Positions 1 to 9,960 of a DNA stretch of 40,738 bases are shown here, piece after piece. The stretch covers positions 1 through 40,738 of the forward strand of contig JBMOEX010000002.1 in NCBI GenBank assembly GCA_049314535.1. The letters run 5' to 3'. The notes below the pieces were generated by a model. That model was not told the origin of the DNA. It did no database searches and saw only the letters and a list, made by a program, of their open reading frames with translations. Source of the stretch: Vampirovibrionia bacterium. Lineage in GTDB: Bacteria > Cyanobacteriota > Vampirovibrionia > LMEP-6097. Within the stretch, counting starts at the first letter, position 1. Every line of letters begins with the position of its first letter. The translations under genes were made by a program, and so were the position numbers.

Positions 1-551
1 TATTCATACTTGATGATGCTCAGCAACATTTAAAATTAGAAAAAGACTTTAAAATTATTCTAATTAATATAAATGAAAGTGGTTACTACAGAGAATTTCC
101 AGCTATTCTTAAAAATGCAGACTGCCTTATCTACTCTAAAGTAGATAATCACTGGTTATTACAGGAAGAGAATAAGAATAAAATAGCAATAGTCTACAAC
201 ATTAAACTTTCTCAGGAAATAGATAAAACTAAATCAGTAACTGCCTTTGCAGGATTGGCTGATACTGATTACTTTTTTAAACTTTTAGAAGATACTTTAA
301 AGAATCATTACTTTTATAAAGATTTTAATACAATAAAATTCCCAGACCATCATGGTTATTCAATAGATGAAATAGAAGCATTAGTTAGCCTCGAAGAAAA
401 CCTTATCTGTACAGCAAAAGACTTAGTTAAAATTCCACATGAATATCAAAAATTCTTTATAGTAGCGAAACTTGAACTGAAAATTATCAATGAAGATATT
501 TTACTTAATAGAATGCAGAAAATGGGGTTGCGCAGCGGTCTTGATAATTAA
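1..551 (+). CDS. lpxK: tetraacyldisaccharide 4'-kinase (LpxK), C-terminal part; the 5' end lies outside the window
   Basis: Frame 3 is open from nt 3, well upstream of the TTG listed at 255. FILDDAQQHLKLEKDF fits the LDDGxQH box. FAGLADTDYFF and FPDHHGYS...CTAKDLVK fit the C-terminal LpxK motifs (F-x-DHH, T-x-KD-x-VK). Confidence 0.7.
   Translation, partial: FILDDAQQHLKLEKDFKIILININESGYYREFPAILKNADCLIYSKVDNHWLLQEENKNKIAIVYNIKLSQEIDKTKSVTAFAGLADTDYFFKLLEDTLKNHYFYKDFNTIKFPDHHGYSIDEIEALVSLEENLICTAKDLVKIPHEYQKFFIVAKLELKIINEDILLNRMQKMGLRSGLDN
527..544 (+). repeat. short dispersed motif GTTGYGCAGCGGTCTTGA (copy 1 of 3)
   Basis: This is the reverse complement of the 18-mers at 20392-20409 and 22629-22646, with 1-2 mismatches. 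Similarity to copy 2 extends to about 32 nt. Confidence 0.5.
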
Positions 552-1084
552 AAACGATATTCTGAGCTTAAATAAAAAAGTCCACAAATAGTCTTAGCAT
601 CAAGAATATGACCAGTCTTAACCATCTCAAAAGCCTTAGCAATCTTCATGATTTCTATTTCCAAAATTTCACCTTCATCAGGGTTATCAGTCCCCGAAGC
701 TAGATCCTCAGCCTGATATAAATAAAGTTTCTCAGTACAATAACCAGGACTAGGATATATAAAGCCTCTGTCCAGCCATGTTTTAGCAGTAAAACCAGTT
801 TCTTCTTTAAGTTCACGTACTGCTGTTTCTAAAGGCGCCTCACCTTTATCACGCTTACCTGCTGGAAATTCATAAATAACCTCTCCAACTGGTGTTCTAA
901 ATTGACGCACCATGACTATATAATCTTTATCAAGTATAGGGATAACACAAACACCGCCAGGATGACTAAAATACTGTCTTGGAGCCACGATACCGCCAGA
1001 ATTTTCTATCTCCACCTGATCTTCAATAAAATCCAAAAAGCGACCCTTATGTAAAATTTTAGAAGAGAGCTGTTTTTCTATCAT
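548..1084 (-). CDS. Nudix hydrolase (ADP-ribose pyrophosphatase-like)
   Basis: Nudix box GKRDKGEAPLETAVRELKEETG. The 178-aa size is typical of NudF-type enzymes. Confidence 0.8.
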   Translation of the reverse strand: MIEKQLSSKILHKGRFLDFIEDQVEIENSGGIVAPRQYFSHPGGVCVIPILDKDYIVMVRQFRTPVGEVIYEFPAGKRDKGEAPLETAVRELKEETGFTAKTWLDRGFIYPSPGYCTEKLYLYQAEDLASGTDNPDEGEILEIEIMKIAKAFEMVKTGHILDAKTICGLFYLSSEYRF

Positions 1085-1129
1085 CTCTTAAATTCTACCC
1101 TTGAAAGCATGTTGCGATTTTATCCATTT

Positions 1130-1810
1130 TTAGAATATATCGTAAGAATCAAAATCTAAGTATTTACCTTCAGAACTAATACTTTTTAAGCTGAATGGCT
1201 CTTCTACACCGATAACTACACCATCCACAAGACCTTTAGTACCACCAGTAAATAGACCACTTACAGCTCCACCAATAAAACCAACTGGTGCACCTACCGC
1301 AGTTCCCCAGACACCACCACCTAAAGCATCATATAAATCTTTAGAATGATCCACCGATTTAGAAGCAGTACCACGCACAGCGCCTAAAACTAGACCTACT
1401 GGTGCAGTGAAAAATGGACCAATAAACTCTTCTAATTCAACATGATCTTTTTTCTCATTTTCAGCAATTAAGCCTACTACCTTAGTATTTAAAGAATTAA
1501 CATCAGATTGGATAGTAGTATTTTGAGCCTTAAGGCCTTCAAGACTTTGCTTTAATGCAGCAATCTGCCTTTCTAAATCTTGTCTTAAAGAAGCAGATTC
1601 GCTAGAAGTAGCTTTTAATCTTGCATCTAAATCATCAATTTGAGCTTGCAAGTCAGTGATACTAGTATCACTAACAGAACTAACATTATTTAAAGTCGTG
1701 TATGAACGCTGAGCTGGCTTAAGAGCAGGGTAGTAAGCATCTGCTAAAACTTCTGTAGCATTCATAATAGAAGCTGCAAGTAAACTAGAAACTAAAATTT
1801 TTCTGATCAT
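1130..1810 (-). CDS. secreted coiled-coil / glycine-zipper protein (paralogue of 17259..18011)
   Basis: N-terminal signal-like hydrophobic segment, a heptad-like Q/L/K-rich middle, and a Gly-rich C-terminal part with GAVRGTASK. It shares this architecture and motifs with the 250-aa ORF at 17259..18011. Confidence 0.6.
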   Translation of the reverse strand: MIRKILVSSLLAASIMNATEVLADAYYPALKPAQRSYTTLNNVSSVSDTSITDLQAQIDDLDARLKATSSESASLRQDLERQIAALKQSLEGLKAQNTTIQSDVNSLNTKVVGLIAENEKKDHVELEEFIGPFFTAPVGLVLGAVRGTASKSVDHSKDLYDALGGGVWGTAVGAPVGFIGGAVSGLFTGGTKGLVDGVVIGVEEPFSLKSISSEGKYLDFDSYDIF

Positions 1811-2120
1811 AAATATATTTATAACATGGAAAGTAAATGCTCAGCTGTTATGAAAATTAAAAACCTAATATGACAATATGTATTATAATATTTATTACCA
1901 ACTAACTTATTAGCCCTAAATAACTTAAAAGCATAAAGCCAAATGACTGCAAGCTTAATCGCAACAAGTATAAATAATCCCCCACGTTTAGAAGATACTA
2001 GCAGCTCTAAGGACTGTCCCTGTTCAAGAAACAGAAGACCACACATCTAAATCCGAGCAAGAGAATCTCCTAAATCAAACTCAAAAATCTCAACAATATG
2101 TAGAGGCTCGCAAACTTGCG

Positions 2121-3032
2121 ATGCCAAGTAAAATAAGTGAATATTTCAATAGGGTTGCCAATAATCGAGATTCAGATATCTTGCCGAAAGTCAATGCAGC
2201 AGTTATTTTTGGATATTTATTAACTCCTTTTTTAGAAGGCGTACCTCACATAAATAAAATTATTAATCAAACACCAAGACTTGGCTTAATCTCCAAAGCA
2301 TTTGAAAAAATAATAAAATCTATTCAAAGAAAAGATTCTTTGCGAATTGCTGCTGCAGTTAAAGATATTTTCAACTCTTCAACTAAGCCAATTGAGGAGC
2401 TGTATTTAAATAGGAATATTGTAGTAGCTGCAACTAACACAGCTGAAGCAATCGAAGAAACACTACAGTTAAAAGATGGAACTTATGAAAACTTAATGGA
2501 TGGTCCTAAACACGCTCTTAAAATGTTTCAAAAAGTCTTTAATAATCTTAAAAACCTTCAGAAAGAGAATTTAAGCATAGAGTATCTTCGAAAAAATGGT
2601 GTTTTTACCGTCGGCACCGTTTTGGCTGGTGGGATTTCATATATTGGAACCTTAATAAAAAACAATCCTCTAGCGATTACTGGACGATTTTTTCAAAACT
2701 ATCTCTCTGATTTCGATAAATTTATTAGCAATAACGCTGATAGAAACTATTCTGGCTTCGGCTTCTTTTTAGAGAGTATTTTTGATCCAATTATTAGGCT
2801 AACTAAAAATAAAATTCCTCAATCCATGACTAAAATTTTATTAGCGGCTCAATACGCCGTTAACTGGGCAAGTGTTAGCCTTGCAAATAGATCGCAAGCA
2901 GCTGAACACGATGGTCAATTAAATAAAATTTACAAGAAACCTTTAAATTACATCAAAGACGCTTCGCTTAGACTTCTTGAAGCTTTAAATCCTTATGCAA
3001 TATTGGAAAAAGCTAATATTATTCATGCTTAA
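2121..3032 (+). CDS. hypothetical protein
   Basis: A 303-aa ORF with no competing ORF. I recognise no motif. Confidence 0.5.
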   Translation: MPSKISEYFNRVANNRDSDILPKVNAAVIFGYLLTPFLEGVPHINKIINQTPRLGLISKAFEKIIKSIQRKDSLRIAAAVKDIFNSSTKPIEELYLNRNIVVAATNTAEAIEETLQLKDGTYENLMDGPKHALKMFQKVFNNLKNLQKENLSIEYLRKNGVFTVGTVLAGGISYIGTLIKNNPLAITGRFFQNYLSDFDKFISNNADRNYSGFGFFLESIFDPIIRLTKNKIPQSMTKILLAAQYAVNWASVSLANRSQAAEHDGQLNKIYKKPLNYIKDASLRLLEALNPYAILEKANIIHA

Positions 3033-3078
3033 ACAATGCTATTTTAGACAATTCCAGTAAATGTTAAAATAAATCCCT

Positions 3079-4023
3079 ATGCTTAAAAAGCTTTTAACCC
3101 AAATCAAAAAGAAAATCCGTTTCGGTGGTGACAATAATGTATTTTTACAGGGCTCATTAAAAAAAGCCTTTAAGGTTAACTCAAAATCAGAAAAATTAAA
3201 CTATCTATGGATAGTCTATGATTCATGCAGATATGACACCCTGGAAGCAGCTCAGACACCTGTTCTAGATTCATATGCAAAAATCTACAGTGCTTGGGCT
3301 CCAGCTACTTACACCCTCCCATCACATATTTCTTTTTTTGCAGGCATTCTGCCACTTGTTTATGAGCCAATACCTTACTTGAATAGATTTCATACTCAGC
3401 TAATCACCATGAAAAAAGCAGGTGAAGCGAGAGCTGAAGCTATTAACGATTTAACCGTGATTTTACCCCAAAGTGATAAAGATATAATTCATGGTTTTAA
3501 TGAGCTTGAATACTACACAGTCGGCTCTGGAGCAGCTTCTTGGTTCGCCAAAGAAGTGCTGGTGAAAAATTTCCAAGATTTTCAGTTTAAACGTGCTCAA
3601 TCTTTCACTGAGCAAATTAGCTACATTACAGAAAAGCTTTCACAGAAAGCTACAGATAAACCATTTTTCGCATTTATGAATTTAATCGAAACACATTCAC
3701 CATATATGCACTACGGTGATGATAGAGAGGAATACGGCATAAAAGCCCGAGGCGAAATGAATTTTCCACCTCAAGAAAATTCTGATGAACTTAATAACAG
3801 AGGGAAGAAATTACATAAAGCACAAATAGAAGCAGCGGAATACTGTGACAGTAAGCTTCCTGAGCTTTTTGATAATTTACCCGAGAACACTTTAGTCATT
3901 TTAACCGCAGATCACGGAGAAGCCTTTGGTGAAGATGGTTTCTGGGGCCATGGCATATATCATCCTAAGGTTATGAATGTGCCGATGGCTTGTTTTAGAT
4001 TAGATAAACAGAAAACTATTTAG
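3079..4023 (+). CDS. sulfatase-like / alkaline-phosphatase-superfamily hydrolase or transferase
   Basis: N-terminal VYDSCRYD and C-terminal LTADHGEAFGEDGFWGHG resemble the metal- and nucleophile-binding motifs of the sulfatase family. Confidence 0.55.
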   Translation: MLKKLLTQIKKKIRFGGDNNVFLQGSLKKAFKVNSKSEKLNYLWIVYDSCRYDTLEAAQTPVLDSYAKIYSAWAPATYTLPSHISFFAGILPLVYEPIPYLNRFHTQLITMKKAGEARAEAINDLTVILPQSDKDIIHGFNELEYYTVGSGAASWFAKEVLVKNFQDFQFKRAQSFTEQISYITEKLSQKATDKPFFAFMNLIETHSPYMHYGDDREEYGIKARGEMNFPPQENSDELNNRGKKLHKAQIEAAEYCDSKLPELFDNLPENTLVILTADHGEAFGEDGFWGHGIYHPKVMNVPMACFRLDKQKTI

Positions 4024-4158
4024 ATTCATTAGTAACAGATATATCTTCAATAGATTCAGAAATCGAACATCTTCGCAGTCAGATTGAAGGTTAAAAATTT
4101 TCAGCTCAATAGCGAAATATGAGATAGAATTAATTTTAATATTATCTGAATAAGCTAA

Positions 4159-5037
4159 ATGAGCAGATCGCCTGTCAAAATCGCAATAACCTGTGACACC
4201 CAAAGATTGGGTTGTAAATTATTAGTTAATTTACTTAAAATTAATGGTGCAGAGCCAGTCGTTATACCAACGCTACTAGAAGCTGAAGATGGCTTTTTTA
4301 AATTCAATACGCCATGTGAAGAGCTTAAAAAAAGACATTTAGAAAAAGTCGCCGAGCTAATGAAAAACGTAGACGCTCTTATACTTCCAGGTAATAAATA
4401 TGACCTTCACCCTAGTTACTACAAAGATGATTCTCTGCACCCTAAAACCTTACTCTGTGACAATCCTTGTAATCTCAGATTTGATTCTGAATTTATCATG
4501 GCTCGCTATGCACTTTTCGAAAGACCCATGCCAATACTCGCCATATGCGGTGGAATGCAATTACTTAATGTTATTCTTGGCGGGTCTTTAGTTCAAGATT
4601 TAACAGATGACCGTCGCACTCAAGAATCTGGCACTCAACACTGTGACCCAAATTTCATTCACAAGCCCGATATAATTCAAGAGACCCTGAAAGAAAGATT
4701 TTTTAGAATGCTTGAGAATGGCGAAAACGCAAATATCTTTGATGCTACTCATGGTATGGAAATAGTCAGAGACTCTGAACTAGCTAGGCTTTATAGAAAA
4801 TACGCGCCAGAACTTGATCTTTCAGATATAGATGAACTAAGTATCCATCACCAAGGTCTGTTTAAAGAGAATCTCAGTAAAGAATTAAAAGCCGTAGCTT
4901 ATGCACCAGATGGATTAATAGAAGCAGCAGAAATGCCATCTCACCCTAATTTCAATATCCTCACGCAATTTCATGTGGAATATAATGTAAGCAGACTTGC
5001 TAATCCTATCGTGCAAGAGTTAATTAAATCTGTTTAA
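4159..5037 (+). CDS. class I glutamine amidotransferase-like, peptidase C26 / gamma-glutamyl-GABA hydrolase family
   Basis: Nucleophile-elbow motif ILAICGGMQLLNVILGGSLVQDL and a downstream HHQ, as in PuuD-type proteins. Confidence 0.7.
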   Translation: MSRSPVKIAITCDTQRLGCKLLVNLLKINGAEPVVIPTLLEAEDGFFKFNTPCEELKKRHLEKVAELMKNVDALILPGNKYDLHPSYYKDDSLHPKTLLCDNPCNLRFDSEFIMARYALFERPMPILAICGGMQLLNVILGGSLVQDLTDDRRTQESGTQHCDPNFIHKPDIIQETLKERFFRMLENGENANIFDATHGMEIVRDSELARLYRKYAPELDLSDIDELSIHHQGLFKENLSKELKAVAYAPDGLIEAAEMPSHPNFNILTQFHVEYNVSRLANPIVQELIKSV

Positions 5038-5040
5038 ATT

Positions 5041-7950
5041 ATGGCTTATTTCAATTCTTCTCAAATTTACATCTCTCAAATGCTGAGCGAGATCGGAGTC
5101 TCATCCATAGATGATCTATTCAGAGATATTCCAGCAGAACTTCTCTTAAAGCATGATCTGAAATTAGATTCAGCATTAGCGGAATGGGAAGTGAAAGAGT
5201 ATTTTCACAAACTGAGTTTAAAGAATAATTACAGAACTAATAATTTCAAAGGAGCTGGAGCTTACCAGCATTATGTTCCAGCTTTAGTAAGACATCTCAG
5301 TTCTAGAGGTGAATTCTTAACATCCTATACACCATACCAACCAGAAGTCAGTCAGGGAACGCTTAGAGCTATTTATATGTTTCAATCTTTCATGGCTGAT
5401 ATCTGTGGCATGGATTTAGCTAATGCTTCCATGTATGATGGAGCAACAGCTCTAGCAGAGTCTCTCTGCATGGCTCATCGCATCCATAAAAAAAGGAAAA
5501 TTTACTTATCTAAATCTACCCATCCTGAATATATAGAAGTAGCAGAAAATTACCTAGAAGCTTTAGGCTTAGAAATTATTTTTTTTGAAGATTTAAGTCA
5601 AGTAGATAATTCTTCGATAGTCAGTATCTCTAATCCAAATTTCTACGGTGAATTACTGAGTCACAGCGAAAGACTCAGACTAAGTGAAGAAATAAAGAGC
5701 AGAGATTTATTCTTAATCGTCTCCACCAGTGAGCCTTTCGCTCTATTCATGGATAAAAAGCTAAAAGATTTAGGTGCAGAAATAGTCTGCGGTTCAGCAC
5801 AGTCCTTTGGCAATCCAGTATTTTACGGTGGAGCTCAAGTCGGGTTTATTTCAAGCAAGTTAGAACACGTTAGACAAATGCCAGGTAGGCTGGTAGGCAA
5901 GACTACAGATCGCAAAGGCAATACTGGCTATGCTTTAACCTTCCAAGCAAGAGAACAGCACATTAAAAGAGATAGGGCTAGCTCTAATATCTGCACTAAT
6001 CAATCCATCCATGCTCTCTGTGTAGCTATCTATTTAAGTATGCTGGGGATATCTGGAGTAGAAAAAATAATTCAAGACTGTTATTTAAAATCTCAGCTCA
6101 TAAAAAACACACTTGAAAAATTCCCTGAGATTAAAGTGTTTTCAGAAAATACTTTTAATGAATTTATGCTACAAGCTAATTTTAATGCTGTAGAAAAGAG
6201 ATTAGGCTTAGAAGCAGCAAATCAGCTCCAGGAATACTTAAATAGCTACTTAGTTAGTTTAAGTAAATTTAAGACACTAACTGGTCGCAACTTAATTCCT
6301 GAAAGGCTTTTAAAAAATTTTAAACAAAGTGAAATTACTAAGCCGTGCGAAGATCTAAGTAACAGTTATTTACTTGCCATAACGGAAATTAATTCGATAG
6401 AACACCTAAAAATATTTATTAGAGGTTTAAATCAAATACTCGCGAGCTCAATCGAGATCAGCTTTTCAGAAGAATTATATATTAAGGAAGCAAGCGATAC
6501 GCATTATCAGTATTCAGAAAATGGAATAACAGAAACTGTAAAATATTTACCAAAAATCGACCCTAAAAACTACAAATTCGAATCTAAGACCGAGCTAGAT
6601 GTCTGTAGATATTTCACAAGACTCTCTCAGAAGAATTTCTCCATAGACACTAATTTCTATCCACTCGGTTCTTGTACTATGAAGTACAACCCTAAAGTTA
6701 ATGATGATATAGCGAGTCAGGCTTCTTGGACTGGGGTTCATCCTTATGAAGATGAAAAAAATATTCAGGGCGTACTAAAAGTTTATGAAGAACTAAATCA
6801 ATCACTCTGTGAAATCACTGGCTTTGATAGTTTCAGCTTACAGTCAGCAGCTGGAGCTCAAGGAGAGTTTTCTGCACTATTAATGGCAAAAAAATATTTT
6901 AACGATAAAGGAACTCCAGAAAGAAACATAGTCCTAGTACCAGATTCAGCTCATGGTACTAATCCTGCTAGTGCTGTTATGGCTGGCTTTAAAGTGATTT
7001 CAGTAAGGTCAGCAGCAGATGGTGACGTCAATTTAGAACATTTAAATGAACTCTGCACCATTCATTCTAAAAGCATCGGAGTCTTTATGTTAACCAATCC
7101 TAATACCCTAGGGATTTTCAGTAAACGCATTCAAATCATTACTAAAACAATTCACGAGCATGGTGGAATAATGTACTATGATGGAGCCAATCTTAATGCC
7201 ATAGTCGGCACAAGTCGCCCTGGTGATATGGGCTTCGATTTAATACATCTAAATGTTCATAAAACATTCTCAACTCCACATGGAGGTGGTGGTCCGGGAG
7301 CTGGTCCTGTGGGCGCTAAAGGTGAACTCGTGAAATATTTACCAAGTCCTTATTTAGTTAAAGATACTGGTGGTAATTTAAAATGGGATAAAACGAAAAA
7401 TGAATCCATCGGCAGAATCAGATCTTTTCACGGAAATTTTAATGTACTAATTCGTGCACTTACCTATATCAAATCCAATGGCAAAGAAGGTATCTCTCAA
7501 ATCGGTCAGATAGCGACTCTTAACGCTAATTATCTACAAGAGAAAATTAGAAAAAGTCCTATACTCTCTGAAGAAGGTCTTTTCAGCCCTTACTTCAATG
7601 AAGTCTGCAAACATGAATTTATTATTAGTGCAAGTAAACTTAAAGAAAAATATGGCATTAGTGCTTTAGATATAGCTAAAAACCTTTTAGATAAAGGCAT
7701 TCATGCTCCCACTATCTACTTCCCCACCAACATTAACGAATGTATCATGATAGAACCTACTGAAACTGAGTCTAGAGAAAGTTTAGATGCGTTAGTTTTA
7801 GCACTAGAAGAAATTATTACTTTAGCGAAGACCGAGTCTGGCAGAGAGCTGATTAAAACGGCACCACATACTACAGAATTTTCACGCTTCGATGAAGTGA
7901 AGGCTGTTAAGGAGCCTGTTTTGAGCTGGATGATGGAAGCTTTAAAGTAA
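5041..7950 (+). CDS. gcvP: glycine dehydrogenase (decarboxylating), single polypeptide (GcvPA-like half plus GcvPB-like half)
   Basis: The N-terminal half has YTPYQPEVSQGTL and NASMYDGATA. The C-terminal half has FYPLGSCTMKYNP, SLQSAAGAQGE and NVHKTFSTPHGGGGPG, which contains the PLP lysine motif. Confidence 0.9.
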   Translation: MAYFNSSQIYISQMLSEIGVSSIDDLFRDIPAELLLKHDLKLDSALAEWEVKEYFHKLSLKNNYRTNNFKGAGAYQHYVPALVRHLSSRGEFLTSYTPYQPEVSQGTLRAIYMFQSFMADICGMDLANASMYDGATALAESLCMAHRIHKKRKIYLSKSTHPEYIEVAENYLEALGLEIIFFEDLSQVDNSSIVSISNPNFYGELLSHSERLRLSEEIKSRDLFLIVSTSEPFALFMDKKLKDLGAEIVCGSAQSFGNPVFYGGAQVGFISSKLEHVRQMPGRLVGKTTDRKGNTGYALTFQAREQHIKRDRASSNICTNQSIHALCVAIYLSMLGISGVEKIIQDCYLKSQLIKNTLEKFPEIKVFSENTFNEFMLQANFNAVEKRLGLEAANQLQEYLNSYLVSLSKFKTLTGRNLIPERLLKNFKQSEITKPCEDLSNSYLLAITEINSIEHLKIFIRGLNQILASSIEISFSEELYIKEASDTHYQYSENGITETVKYLPKIDPKNYKFESKTELDVCRYFTRLSQKNFSIDTNFYPLGSCTMKYNPKVNDDIASQASWTGVHPYEDEKNIQGVLKVYEELNQSLCEITGFDSFSLQSAAGAQGEFSALLMAKKYFNDKGTPERNIVLVPDSAHGTNPASAVMAGFKVISVRSAADGDVNLEHLNELCTIHSKSIGVFMLTNPNTLGIFSKRIQIITKTIHEHGGIMYYDGANLNAIVGTSRPGDMGFDLIHLNVHKTFSTPHGGGGPGAGPVGAKGELVKYLPSPYLVKDTGGNLKWDKTKNESIGRIRSFHGNFNVLIRALTYIKSNGKEGISQIGQIATLNANYLQEKIRKSPILSEEGLFSPYFNEVCKHEFIISASKLKEKYGISALDIAKNLLDKGIHAPTIYFPTNINECIMIEPTETESRESLDALVLALEEIITLAKTESGRELIKTAPHTTEFSRFDEVKAVKEPVLSWMMEALK

Positions 7951-7986
7951 ACGAATCTGCACTTTTCTTTGGCGCATATCTTATTT

Positions 7987-8820
7987 TTAATCAAAGAACT
8001 TGAAGTTGCTGAGGTGGTTGATGGTCTCACGGAAGTTGAGTTTCTCTTTAGTCAATGGAGTATTGTTAACCGATTGTTCTTTATTTAAGTCTGCCCTCCA
8101 AGCCTGAGCACTTTTTAAGTATATATCAACGTTATGTTGGTTGAGTCGAGCTAACTCTCGATCACCCAATCTCTGAACTAATAATGGGTCTGCTGCACGT
8201 CCATGATGAAATGAATCACCTTCATAACCAGGCTCTAATTTAAATTGTCGAACGAGAGAATAATTAACTTTAGCTGATGCACCTAGTGGAACTCCTTGCG
8301 CAACACTTTTTAAAACTCGTATTAAGTTATCGCATTGAGCAGTCTCTCCCTGAGTAGCTAATCGTTCAAGAACTTTCTTAGCACCAGTAGCAATTATTCC
8401 CAATCTTATTTCTTCTGTCAATCGTGCATACGGCTGTTTATCTGTAGAGTTGGTTCCTGTCAAATGCAATTTACTTAATTGATCAAACAAAGAATGAATA
8501 TCATCTATTCCATTGTTACGACAAGTGTCTTTAATTTGCTCTACAGTAGCTAGAAAGTTCTCCTGGCCTACAGGATTAGAGGAATTTTCACTTAAAATAG
8601 TTTGAAGTGTTTTATCATGGTAAGGATTTATTACTATCTCAGCTTGGCTGTTTTCACGGGGAGTGGAAATGGCTTTAACCATTGTCCTACTAGCTTCTAC
8701 TGTCGTCTTCTCAAAAGTTTTTAATGCTTCAAGTGGAGTCCTTAGAGTTTCCAAAAATTCTTGTACATCAAATGATTGCATTGAATTACTTGGGCCTGAT
8801 GAATTAATAGTGCTTGACAT
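7987..8820 (-). CDS. hypothetical protein
   Basis: A 277-aa ORF with no signal peptide and no recognised motif. Confidence 0.5.
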   Translation of the reverse strand: MSSTINSSGPSNSMQSFDVQEFLETLRTPLEALKTFEKTTVEASRTMVKAISTPRENSQAEIVINPYHDKTLQTILSENSSNPVGQENFLATVEQIKDTCRNNGIDDIHSLFDQLSKLHLTGTNSTDKQPYARLTEEIRLGIIATGAKKVLERLATQGETAQCDNLIRVLKSVAQGVPLGASAKVNYSLVRQFKLEPGYEGDSFHHGRAADPLLVQRLGDRELARLNQHNVDIYLKSAQAWRADLNKEQSVNNTPLTKEKLNFRETINHLSNFKFFD

Positions 8821-8892
8821 GATGCCTTTTATCTTAAATCATCATGTCTTATTTTGACAAGTTGTATTTTAAAAATTAATCAACAGGATTTC

Positions 8893-9960
8893 TCACTTCG
8901 CACCAAAACTAGTAGCTAGTCCCATAAATAACCTGAAATCATAACCAGCCTGCTCTCCCTCATAGACCTCAACTACAGGGAATCCTGCACTGATGTTATA
9001 AACCACCCTGTCATTTAAAGTCATTCTCACTCCAGGACTTAAAAATACTGTGACCCCACCATGATTAGGAACCCTACGATTATCTATCTCAGGCACACCC
9101 TGAGCTAAAGTATTTACCTCGAAAATTAAATCCCAAGCTATATGCTGCCCTAAGATATGCTCTGGCAAAAACTTTTCAAAGATATTACATTTATGTTCTT
9201 CATGATCATGACTGTGCTGAAAAGGGTCTTTATGCGTATGATGCACTGGATAACTAACTGCCACATTATAAGTAGCCACATCACCCACATCAGTAGAGGC
9301 TTTCCCCTCGTTACTTAACTTATAAAGAAAATTAGCATCTAAATTTACTTTATTAGAAAAAGTCTTAGAAACAGCTAAACCGAACATCGGATCAGTAGAT
9401 CCAGAACTCGGCTGATTTACAGTCTCGAAAGTCTCTCCATTATCAGCTTTCACTGAACTATTACCTGTAGGCAGTTTCACACCAGCTAAAAAAGCTGACT
9501 GAAATTTATGTTTCTCTGAGTTTAAGAACCTATACTGACTAAGTAGAGTAAGTCCACCAAAGCCAATCGAATTACCAAGCTGCTCCAATTCACCATCATG
9601 CAGTTCACGAAAGGCAAAACCATTACTAAAAGGCATACTAGCAGAGATGCTCAAATCATCAGTAATACCATAAGCCATATTTAAACTAGAAGTGAGATTA
9701 GAATTTAAATCGTCAGCGTGTTGTTTTTTACTAATTAAACTGGTGATCTGAGACTGAGAGAATCTCCCAGAATTTAAATAACTCGCCCCCGCACTAACGC
9801 TAAGCACGCCTTTAGGCAGAGTATATGCTGGTAATGTGATGATAGGGCCAGCAAGACCACCAGCTTGGATACCAGCTGAACAGCCACAAGCACCACCGTG
9901 AGCGGAAACTGAATTAAAAGTTAATACTAAAGCTAATAAAAAGTAAAAATATAAAAACAT
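8893..9960 (-). CDS. putative outer-membrane beta-barrel protein with a His-rich loop
   Basis: N-terminal signal peptide (FLLALVLTFNSVSAHG) and alternating amphipathic beta-strand-like segments throughout. It carries the loop HHTHKDPFQHSHDHEEHK. Family assignment is uncertain; it is reminiscent of MetA-pathway-type OM transporters. Confidence 0.5.
   Translation of the reverse strand: MFLYFYFLLALVLTFNSVSAHGGACGCSAGIQAGGLAGPIITLPAYTLPKGVLSVSAGASYLNSGRFSQSQITSLISKKQHADDLNSNLTSSLNMAYGITDDLSISASMPFSNGFAFRELHDGELEQLGNSIGFGGLTLLSQYRFLNSEKHKFQSAFLAGVKLPTGNSSVKADNGETFETVNQPSSGSTDPMFGLAVSKTFSNKVNLDANFLYKLSNEGKASTDVGDVATYNVAVSYPVHHTHKDPFQHSHDHEEHKCNIFEKFLPEHILGQHIAWDLIFEVNTLAQGVPEIDNRRVPNHGGVTVFLSPGVRMTLNDRVVYNISAGFPVVEVYEGEQAGYDFRLFMGLATSFGAK

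Noticed and set aside
1819-2046. A 75-aa hydrophobic ORF in the 310-nt gap between the coiled-coil protein gene and the 303-aa hypothetical gene
   Set aside because: There is no RBS or homology signal that I can see, and the region is very AT-rich. It may be a small membrane protein, but the sequence alone does not support calling it.
2103-2120. A 12-nt match GCTCGCAAACTT to the arm region of the helicase repeat copy, just upstream of the ATG at 2121
   Set aside because: It is an isolated 12-mer with no adjoining core sequence, so chance or a tiny relic cannot be told apart.
4000-4203. A 67-aa minus-strand ORF spanning the gap between the sulfatase-like gene and the amidotransferase gene
   Set aside because: It overlaps the ends of both flanking genes and has no supporting features.
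4024-5040. A glycine riboswitch upstream of gcvP, and lysine or FMN riboswitches upstream of lysC and ribH
   Set aside because: gcvP follows the amidotransferase gene after only 3 nt. The gap at 4024-4158 lacks glycine-aptamer cores. lysC has only about 45 nt of leader, and ribH follows miaB after 6 nt.
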